The notes under the pieces are model-generated. The model was given only the letters and a program-made list of their open reading frames with translations, was not told the origin of the DNA and did no database searches. From assembly GCA_964016885.1 (NCBI GenBank), contig OZ024741.1:342612001-342676000 (forward strand): DNA of 64,000 nt, written 5' to 3'. The DNA is from Eledone cirrhosa (taxonomy: Eukaryota). Below are positions 54,114-64,000 of this stretch, one piece after another (position 1 is the first letter of the stretch; every line of letters begins with the position of its first letter). Made by a program: the position numbers and the translations under genes.

Positions 54114-55208
54114 CCAGATAGAAAAATGCGTACAGCAAAAAAAAGTAATATTGTTGGAATATAAACCTTTAAAAATACAGGACAAGAAACTAAAATAAAA
54201 CTTTAAAAGAATAGGACAAGAAACTAAGATAAAACTTTAAAAGAATAGGACAAGAAACTAAGATAAAATTTTAAAGAATTGGACAAAAAATAAAAAAATT
54301 TTACAATAATATTAGTGGCAAAATTTTTTTATTCGTTTCCTGTGCTATGCCCCAGTATCTTCTTGATTAGTGCATAATAATTGTCATGCTCTCATTGTGC
54401 GTTGCCCCTGAGCGGTTGGTTCTGGTTGGGGTTGGTTGGCTGAGCAGTTCTGCTCCGTCAGAATGACCATTGCAAGAAGAATTGGCCGATGCAGCTGCAG
54501 GTCTCCTCCAAGAATGCACTTCTGGTCCCGCAACACCAGACGAAGATGGAGAAGACGACCGGGACAAGATGTCGACTCTGACCACCGACTACGGCACCTC
54601 CCTCAACCACCGGTCCTCCCTCCCTCTGTCCCGTTATCCCTCCAGTCCTCCTGCTCCCCCTTCCTGTACCAGAAAGCTGTGGCACGCATTCATCTGGACT
54701 GCCGGACTTGAACTCAAGGAGAAGATGCAAGGAGAAGATGGACGGGTTGGTCAAGATCAAGGATGAGCGGGACGACAAGACCGTCCGCTGCTGCTCAAGA
54801 TCTGTGCTCATGGGTCCATGGGTCCATTCACATTATGCATGACACATGAGGCGTGTCGCCGAATGATGAAATAGGGGTATGGTTATGGCCCAATTGGTGT
54901 TCAAACCAGGATCAAATGATCCCCCCGGTCTGACGACGACCTCTGAATGTGGAACCCAGAGCCTATTAATGTGGAACTCGATTTTTTACCAATAAAAATT
55001 TTGCCACTAATATTATTGTAAATTTTTTTTATTTCTTATCCAATTCTTTAAAGTTTTATCTTAGTTTCGTGTCCTATTCTTTTAAAGTTTTATCTTAGTT
55101 TCTTGTCCTATTCTTTTAAAGTTTTATTTTAGTTTCTTGTCCTGTATTTTTAAAGGTTTATATTCCAACAATATTACTTTTTTTTGCTGTACGCATTTTT
55201 CTATATGG
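54114..55208. repeat. ~220-bp inverted repeats (with internal ~33-bp subrepeats) enclosing a GC-richer ~650-bp coding-like core
   Basis: ccagatagaaaaatgcgtacagc...tagtggcaaaatttt (54114-54332) versus its reverse complement (about 54990-55208). Confidence 0.92.
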
Positions 55209-55339
55209 TATATGTATGTACGTATACATACTTACATTTAAGTATCAGCCGTACTAAGAGTGGGAAATGAAATTTCATTTTTTCCATTTATATATATTTA
55301 TAAAACTACATATATATATGTATATGTAATCTATATATT

Positions 55340-55448
<109 letters not shown>

Positions 55449-56072
55449 GTATATATATATATGTATATATATATATATTTGTATTAATCTCCAGAGTCTA
55501 GCTATTGAGCAGTTAATTTCATTGATTTTTTCAGTTACTTATATTGACTGTTGAATGGCTCTGTTATATTTAACCATTCTGTCGAGAGCTTTATTCGATT
55601 TGTGATATTTTGCATTCTCGCAATAATACACAACTGAATCATTCGCTTAATAGAGGTGTTACCTCCCTTGCTGAATCCCACGAGGGGTCAGTAATAGCTA
55701 CACTATCTATAGCATATTGGAGCAAAACCCGTTGAAAACACGACTGCCTTGTTCATCATCACACCAGAAGCCCAACATTCTTTATGTAGGCGGACAGTAC
55801 CTGATTTGGAGTTGCAGAAACCAATACTGGATTTTACCATCAGTCCAGGGTCCGGGAAAGTATCAACACATATATTTTTATTGTTTGACCAGAATTACTT
55901 GGTCGTTTGTTTTGGCTGTGCGGATGATATGTTTAACCATCATCTCAGTGTGTTTGGCCCTTAACGTATGTTGTAGCTCTGATTCATATGATTCATCGAG
56001 CGCTTGCCACACATATCGGACGTTGATTTTCGTTAATTCCTGAGCTGAAAACGATTCTCGCTAATTTATATT

Positions 56073-56118
<46 letters not shown>

Positions 56119-56283
56119 AATATAAATATATATATATACATATATATGAATATATGTATATATGATCTGCCATATATATATATATATATAAATGGATAGA
56201 TATATAGATATATACATAGTGTATTTGAATTTCGTAATAAATATCCAGAAATTATATTACAATAAATATAATTTAATGTAATA

Positions 56284-56388
56284 TAATTGTTTCTACGTTT
56301 GGCACAAGGCCAGCAATTACCCAGCAATTACCCATTACTGGTACTTTATTTTATCGACCCTGTAAGGATGAAAGGCAAAGTTAACCTA
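56284..56388 (+). mobile_element. SINE-like repeat fragment
   Basis: Matches the family consensus. Confidence 0.8.
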
Positions 56389-56407
56389 ATGTAATATAAT
56401 ATGATAT

Positions 56408-56550
<143 letters not shown>

Positions 56551-56729
56551 TATATTATATTACATTAAATTATATATATTACATTGTTGCATCATCAATA
56601 TGAAATATAAAAATATTAATTTATATAAAATATATACAACACATCTCGTCCCCCGGATTGGACGGCGTACATTTCTGGATATTTATTACGAAATTCAAAT
56701 ACACTATGTATATATCTATATATCTATCC

Positions 56730-56808
<79 letters not shown>

Positions 56809-56858
56809 AATATATATCTATATATATCTATCTATCTATCTATCTATCTAGAAGGAGA

Positions 56859-57438
56859 CCACCGGTTGACCACCGAGTCTATTGTAATGATCAAGCCGCC
56901 TCCCCCCTTGAAAGATGAAGCAGAGGCGGTGTTTCTGTGCGTAATAGCCATGGCGAAAGAGGTTGTATGGTGGACGCGTCTGAAAGGACTGAGGTCAGGC
57001 ACCTTTCTCTCTGGCCAACAACTGGTCCGTTTCTTCCGATATCATTTCGGAAGAAGGATCAGGATGGAGAGAGAGGTGCTGCACCCCAGCCGTTTCTATG
57101 AAAGATGGGTGAAAGTGGCGAGAATGGCCCGTGTGAATGGGCCTTCACTCTACATCAGACTATAGGTGAGGAAGATGAAAGACCAAGGGAGCACCCCTTC
57201 TCTGTGCTCCTGAGGAGAAGGGTTGCACACTTTTTTCGGGGGTGTGTGCGACCCCCCAAGGCGCCTCCTCTCTATTGAGGATTTTGTTAAAAATTTTATT
57301 TTTTGTTATATCTTATTTTATTTTTATATTTTGTTATTGCCTCCTCCTTATTGAGGACGCCTTTTTGTGTAAACTCCCCCCTTTGTACTTGTCCCACTTT
57401 TGATGCCCTAGTGGCAAATAAAAGAAACATATCTATCT
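56859..57438 (+). mobile_element. L1/Tx1 LINE 3' fragment (family A variant)
   Basis: ORF 56866-57165 is the ORF2 C-terminus. AATAAA and a TATC tail follow. Flanked by duplicated TATCTATCTAGAAGGAGA. Confidence 0.93.
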
Positions 57439-57913
57439 AGAAGGAGAGGCGGTTTTCCTTTGTGTGATAGCTATGGCGAAAGAGGTTGTATGGTGGACAA
57501 GGTTGAAAGGGCTGAGGTCAGACACCTTTCTCTCCGGCTAACAACTGGTTCTTTTTTTCAAATACCACTTTGGAAGAAGAATCAGGATGGAGAGAGAGGT
57601 GCTGCACCCCAGCAAGTTTTATGAAAGGTGGGTGAAAGTGGCGAGAATGGCCCGAGTGAATGGGCCTTCTCTCTATATCAGCCTGTAGGTTGAGGAAAAG
57701 GAGGAGGAGAGGAAAGGAGTACAAACTCTTCCTACTCTTGGAGTTGAGGGTTGCACATTTTTTTCGGGGGTATGTGTTACCCATATGAACTGTCTTCCCC
57801 TATTGTGGAAAATCGACTAACTTTAAATTGCATTTGTGATAACATTTTACACGTTTTTATTGTATGTAAACTTCCCCCTTTGTATTTGTCCCCTTCTTTT
57901 GTGCCCCTGTGGC
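57439..57913 (+). mobile_element. L1/Tx1 LINE 3' fragment (family A), close to 19393-19859
   Basis: Near-identical to the 3' end of the full-length copy, followed by (TATC)n. Confidence 0.93.
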
Positions 57914-57914
57914 A

Positions 57915-58008
<94 letters not shown>

Positions 58009-58010
<2 letters not shown>

Positions 58011-58205
58011 ATAATAATAATACAAGGGTGATTTGTTGAGCCTTCATTACGTTTATTGATTGGTGACGCGTGTTTCGCTATTGATCAGCTGAAGGATTGA
58101 TCTGTTTCGATACTGATCGTACCTTGAGCTGATCAATAACGAAACGCACGCCACCAATCAATAAACGTGATGAAGGCTCAACAAATCACCCTTGTATTAT
58201 TATAT
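58009..58205. repeat. Fold-back hairpin (~85-bp arms) with an HHR 3' half
   Basis: ataataatacaagggtgatttgttgagccttca... pairs with ...tgaaggctcaacaaatcacccttgtattattat. The left arm reads GAAAC-ACGC-GUC on the minus strand. Confidence 0.88.
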
Positions 58206-58303
58206 TACACTCTGACTAGCTCTACACCTCACCACTGACGTGAATCTAATCATCGTGTGCTCACCTACTGGCTGAACATACAGTAAATTCCCGTTACACT
58301 CCC

Positions 58304-58384
<81 letters not shown>

Positions 58385-58387
<3 letters not shown>

Positions 58388-58582
58388 GGAACGAGTAGGA
58401 CCCCGACAGCTGAGCCGTTTCGACGGCTAATTCTGGACTGAATTGCGTCCAGAATTAGCAGTCGAAACGGCTTGAGCTCAGCTGTCGGGGTCCTACTCGT
58501 TCCTATTACCCACTCTACTACCCTAAGTATTGAGTACTTTGGTGCGTTATGGTCCACCTGGTTCCTTACCACATTTCCTTCG

Positions 58583-58583
<1 letters not shown>
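58385..58583 (+). mobile_element. Fold-back PLE-type end (ggaccccgac family), copy 5
   Basis: Near-identical reverse complement of 24951-25136, TA-flanked. Confidence 0.85.
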
Positions 58584-58619
<36 letters not shown>

Positions 58620-58716
58620 ACGGGGCCGATAAAATAAAGTACCAGTAACGTACTGGGGTCAATTTAATCGACTTTCCCCTCCCCCCAAATTACTGGCTTT
58701 GTATCTATACTAGAAA
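58620..58716 (-). mobile_element. SINE-like repeat fragment
   Basis: Reverse complement of the family 5' half. Confidence 0.75.
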
Positions 58717-59070
58717 TAATAATAATAATAATAATAACAATAATAATAATATTAATAATAATAATAATAATGATTTCTTTATTGGCCACAAGGGCTGACA
58801 TCAAGAAAAACATTACAGACGGTACAGGACGGTACGATGTGGGTTTTGTGCGTGTAAATATTTTTATTATTTATATAAGAAAAGAAAAAAAAGGACATAG
58901 AAACATATATATATATATATAAACAATAAAAATGAAAATTGAAACAATGAAAAATTCCCCAATAGGGGGGGAAACCTCCGAGGGTTACTCGTGGTGAAAA
59001 CCACACAAAAGACCACGGCCACTCTGACCACCAGGGCAAGCGCCCTCTCTAAATGTTTCCATCTCTCAAA

Positions 59071-62000
59071 CTACAGACGTATATTCAGAGTGGTCCCGTT
59101 CACTCGGACCATTCTCGCTACATTCACCCACCTTTCAACAAACTTGCTAGAAGGCAGCACTTGCCTCTCCACCCTGATTTTCCTCTTCAAGTGAAACTTG
59201 AAAAAGTTAATTAGGGATTCGCCGAAGAGGAAAGTGTCTGTCTTTAACTCTTTTAACCTTGTCCACCACACAATCTCTTTCGCTATGGTCACCAGGCAGA
59301 TGAAAACCGCCTGCCCTTCCTCCTCGAAGAAAGACGGCGAGACCATATGCACAATGGACTCAGTCGATAACCGGATCAGTCCTACACGCGACAGCAACTG
59401 TGCGACATAGCTCCACAAGTCAGCAATGCTCGGGAACTGAAAGAGTGCGTGCACGACGGTTTCGTCGCTCTGCGCACATCTCGGCTGACGGCACTTCCGT
59501 GCGTGTAGAGCTTATCTCGAACCGGCAGCGCTCCCCGGTAGCACTGCCAGGCCAGGGATATTTGGAAGTTATCCATAGGCCCTGGGCTGAAAGTTCTTCG
59601 GAAGAGAGCAAACAGCTGATCTTCTTCGACGCCCAGGATCTCTCCGAGAATGTCATCGCTCTTCCCCTCCACTAATCCTCTATAGAACGCCGAGGTGGAT
59701 GTTCCACCGATACTGTTGCCCAGCTGGCAAAGGGAAGTGAGCGCCTGGAGACATATCAGTTTCCAAGCGCCAACCCTCGGTCTTTTTCTGACCCCGGACT
59801 GCAGCTCCGTCAAGGAGACGAGCTGTGGGAAAACGTGTCTGGCGAACGGCGACCACACCTGTTCACCATCAAAGAAGCACCAGAGATGTCGCAGCCTCAG
59901 CGCATGTTTGCGCATCATCAGCCATGGCATGCCCAGTCCTCCACGCAACGGGTGTTGACAGCAGATGGATCGTCTGACCATGGGAGCGCGTCATTTCCAC
60001 AAAAAGTGGAAGAGGAGGCGCTCCATTTTGGTGAGAGTTAGACTGGAGCAAGGGACGACGGTGAGGCGGTAGCAGATGACGGATGCGATGTACGCATTCG
60101 CCACCTCCGCCAGGCCTTTCAGGGACAGCTTCCTCTCGGCCCATTTCTGGGGGGAGGCCACCCGGCCACCCTGCTCGTCATCTCGTTCCAGTTTTTCTCC
60201 ATCTGGAGGTCCGGTTCGAACCAGACCCCGAGCAATTTAACCGGTCCGTCCGTCCAACGCCCCACGACGCTGTCGGATGGCATGGACTTGTCTCTCCAGG
60301 TGCCGAGCTGCAAGCCCACCGACTTTTCCAGGTTTATCTTTACTCCTGTCACCGCTTCGTATTCCTTGAGAGCGGTGCCGAGCATCTGGACGTGTCTGGT
60401 GCTCGACACCACCACGGTGACATCGTCAACGTAAGCCGACTCGGATTTCCCGCATCCTAGTTCGCGTGGGACGCCCCTCATCGCACCCAGTTTGTGCAGT
60501 AACGGCTCGAGAGCCAATACGTACAAGAGGGACGAGAGGGGACAACCCTGGCGGACTGAGCGTATGATGCTGAACGGCTGCGACAGGTGACCGTTCACCC
60601 TCACAACTGAGCAGATATCGCTGTACATTGCTGCGCTCCAACCCCTGAAAACAGGCCCGAAACCGGCTGCCTCGAGGACCGTCGCCAGGTTCTGCTGGTC
60701 GACCCTATCGAATGCTTTGGATTGATCCAAGTTGATCAGGGCCCCACCCGTGCCAGGTTTCTTAACCACCCTCTCTATGATGTATCGCATGAGGTGGAGG
60801 TTGTCGTGTATGGATCTGTCCTGAATGGCCCATGTCTGTGCCTCTCCCACCAGACCCTTGACGACAAACGCCAACCTCGTTGCTAACACCTTGGCCAAAA
60901 TCTTTAACTGTGCGTTTAGAAGAGTTATGGGCCTGAAATTATCGATAACATCCTCCTTGTTTAGGTCTTTTCTCAGCAGCGCCACTGCTCCCCGGCTCAC
61001 AAAACTTGGAATGCTCTCGTTCTGCTGCCAGTTGTAGCAGACGTCTGCCAAGAGGTCACCGAACAAGTCTGGCATAAATCCATAAAGCTCGTAGGGCAGA
61101 CCATCTAAACCTGGCGATTTACCACTTGTGCAGTTAGCCATCGCTTCCCGTATTTCACCGGCTGTTATTGGCTTTTCGCAACACTGTGCTGCGGTCGTCG
61201 AGAGCCGAGGCAGTCCGTCGAGGTATGCACTGAAGTCCATGCCCCGATCCGGGCCGCCGCCGCTCCCGAACAGTTCAGCAAAGTGCTGCTGAAAAGCTTC
61301 ACACATCCGCTCGGGCTCGAGCATCACGCACCCGTTTTGGTCAGACAAAGACCGAATTGTGGCTTTGTTGCCACGTCGCGCCTCTTCCACCCGGGCCCAT
61401 TGGACGGCTTTTGTCCCCTCGTGTTTCAGAGCACGCGCTCTAGCTCTGACAACGCAGTCTTCGTGTTTTGCGTTGAAGAATTGGTCGAGTGCCAATCTCG
61501 CCGCAAGCACGTCGGTTGTCCTAAACGCCCCTTCTAGCTTTCTGACTAGCTCCACCTCTACTCTACTTTCCTCTATCACTACTCCTTTGCTAAACCTAAT
61601 CGACTCTACTTTAATTGCCCCTTTCAGGGCGAACCACCACCTGTTGTTGACGACCGCTCCCGTCAACTCCCGCTTAACTAATACGCTAATCCGGTCTCTG
61701 TAGGCTTTGCGTGCCGGGAAAGACGCGTTCATCTTCCAGTAACCAGGCCCTTGTCTATGAGGTCTGTCTATGTCGATCTCACAGATCACAAATCTGTTGT
61801 CTGTGTAGTCGACTATTTTAAATGGTGGACAACTTATACTAGCCTTATCTAGTTCTCTGCAGAATACCCTATCGAGATACGATCTGGATGACCCGATGCG
61901 GTTTGTCCATGTCTACATTGGCACATTCGGGTGATCCAGTCGATACCTGTCAGACAATTCAAAACGTCTGAGCAGGTTGGTGAGGCTCTTGCACCCTCCT

Positions 62001-62476
62001 CCCCTATCCGCTAGCCCCACACGATCCCAGAGTGCATCTAAGATACCGTTCCAGTCGCCCACTAACACTAAAGAGCGGGACGTTCCAAGAAAGGTCTCTA
62101 GACGTCTGAAGAAATCTGGCCGTCCTGCCCCTGTTGCGGCGTAGACGGCTACTAGCCTGAAAGCATTGCCTTCGCTGCCGGTCACGTCCAGCACCACCGA
62201 CTTATCTTCTGGGTCTAGGAAGATGGCCCGTATCGCGAGATCCAAGCCTCTCAGAAAAAGAACGGCAACCCCGCCCCCCGATCCTGGACGGTTGGGAGAT
62301 GCGTATACATCGTAGCCACCGAAGATCGGTGCGAAGGCTTGGGCTTCGCAGATTCTGGTTTCACTGATGGCCACCACATCTATGTTTAGTGACCTGAGGT
62401 CGTTGAGCAGGTGACTCTGCTTCCAAGATGACCCCAGGCCATGTGCATTTATACTGCCTATTCTGAGTACGGCCAT
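59071..62476 (-). pseudogene. LINE ORF2p (APE endonuclease + RT), frameshifted
   Basis: MAVLRIGSINAHGL, VGDWN, GPGYWKMN, KSPGLDGLP, FRPITLLN, LDQSKAFDRV, VRQGCPLS, AYVDD. Confidence 0.95.
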
Positions 62477-62477
62477 G

Positions 62478-62516
62478 CTGGATGAGAAACGGGCCAAGTG
62501 AGAAAGGGTCACTTAC
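62478..62516 (-). other. Putative 39-nt GT-AG intron at the ORF1/ORF2 junction
   Basis: Minus strand AAG|GTAAGT...cccgtttctcatcCAG|CATGGCC. Confidence 0.55.
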
Positions 62517-63371
62517 CTTTATCGTGTGGTGAAGGGACAGTAGAACCGTCCCTTTCGCTGGTCATGGGTGTTTCCAAGAGGATGTCAGTGTATATCCTCT
62601 TAGTAACCGACCCATTGAAGTCTCCAACTGCGTTGGGGAATTTTTGTTTTAAAGGTTTGTAATGTTCTATTGAGATTTCGATGATGCTTATGTTTGTCGG
62701 GAGAGTTCTTGGTGTTGGTGGGGTGTAGTAGTTTTTTTCTGTGATGTCTGTGTGCTGCTTTATATATTGTATGAGTTCTTTGTTTGTCATGTTTATGGCT
62801 GTTTACTTTTTGGGGGGAGGGGTGATTTTGTTGCTGTTTTCTTCTTGTTGCTGTTTGGTGTGTGTGTCTTGTTGTATTTGCGTGGTTGGTGTTTTTGGTG
62901 ATGCTGGTGGTGGTGTGGTTGTTGTTGTCATTGGTGCTTGTGGTGGTGATGGTGATGCTGGTGGTGTTGCTGCAAGTTTCCTTGCTGCCTTTACCCCTCT
63001 TTGTATGCCTTCGTTTTCTAAGGTTTTTTTTTGTTTTCTGTTTTTTGTGGCAGGCCGTTTGCCACTTCACTCCCGCCTCAAACTCCATGTCGGATTCCGT
63101 CTGGGAGGGGTATATGCTCCACGGCTGTTGGTGGTGGTAGTGAAGCCCTCTTCGGCAATTTTGTTGCTGGTGTAGCTACTTCAAATGTAGCTATTGGTGT
63201 TGCCGCCACTGATGCTGCTGCTTTAGTTGTCCGTGGTCTTGGTACGGGTGCCACGGACGTTGCTCTGCTACTCACCGTGGAAGGGGCTTCTGCGTTTGTT
63301 GCCTGCCCTGCTCTTGGTAGCAGCGGACCAGGTATTGGAAGGAGACGGGCCTTCTTCTTCGCTGTCTTCAT
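62509..63371 (-). pseudogene. LINE ORF1p C-terminal half, frameshifted
   Basis: Thr/Pro-rich and basic segments. YKPLKQKFPNAVGD parallels YKSLKENFAEDVGN in family A ORF1. Confidence 0.8.
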
Positions 63372-63402
63372 AATAATAATAATAATAATACTATATATAT
63401 AT

Positions 63403-63485
<83 letters not shown>

Positions 63486-63842
63486 AAAAAATATATATAT
63501 ATATTTAAATTTATTTTACCACAAGAATTTTTGCAACACGAATTGGCGCGAAATTTATAGTGCTTATTCACGTGACATTCAACAACCAACCAAATCTTAA
63601 TACCTCCCAAGCCACTTGTTTCACATAAAACAGGAAGAATTTTCAAAACTGATCAGATTAGAGCAAAAATCACGAGCACTCTATCTCAAAATTAATTTTG
63701 AAAAGCATAAGAAATGCGCAACCAGTAAAAACTGAAAACTAAAACTGAATACTAACTAATACTTATTACTAATTTATACTTATTCCTAATTAAACTATTT
63801 TTCACTGGGAAAAAATTGTCAGCATTTTCTTTTTTTTTTTTA

Positions 63843-63881
<39 letters not shown>

Positions 63882-64000
63882 ATATTTAAATTAATATCTT
63901 TAATCTTGGTTTACTTCGATTTAAATATCTATGTTCTGCCGCCCTCACTGTCTTTAACACCAAGAAATTTAACCATCGGAAGACTATTTCGATTGTTTTG

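Larger units (their letters stand above)
51637..55208. mobile_element. 3.57-kb cargo-bearing insertion (unknown class; Helentron-like or PLE/Terminon-like)
   Basis: The flanks rejoin into an intact repeat unit. Begins CC plus the perfect hairpin CTAAACGGAC-GGTA-GTCCGTTTAG and ends GG. Confidence 0.7.
58772..63370 (-). mobile_element. 5'-truncated, decayed L1/Tx1-clade LINE (family B)
   Basis: ORF2 homologous to family A. Minus-strand AATAAA at 58783-58778, and (ATT)n on both sides. Confidence 0.95.

Overview
Very AT-rich, microsatellite-saturated animal genomic DNA. The repeat style resembles octopod cephalopods, which is an inference only. No host protein-coding gene is recognisable, and nearly all ORF-track entries are artefacts of (TA)n/(CA)n/(TATG)n/(GGT)n. 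Real content: (1) two decayed L1/Tx1-clade LINEs (near full-length at 14.1-19.9 kb +, 5'-truncated at 58.8-63.4 kb -) plus three 3' fragments; (2) Penelope-like (PLE) RT/GIY-YIG remnants and many PLE/retrozyme-type ends carrying minimal type-I hammerhead ribozyme (HHR) cores, mostly inserted in (TA)n and often folded back into DNA hairpins; (3) RTE, R4/Dong, CRE-like and pogo-like fragments, hAT and Tc1/mariner MITEs, a non-autonomous Helitron and a common SINE-like repeat; (4) a 4.7-kb G/T-rich 31-bp minisatellite with higher-order structure. Three observations stand out. Both Tx1 lineages carry a 37-39 nt GT-AG intron-like spacer at the ORF1 stop, and removing it fuses ORF1 to ORF2 in frame (exactly so in the + copy). 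A 3.6-kb cargo block with an intron-interrupted SGNH/GDSL hydrolase and other small ORFs sits precisely inside a 1.2-kb palindrome of HHR-bearing ~430-nt repeats. Recurrent fold-backs have their apex in HHR stem II.
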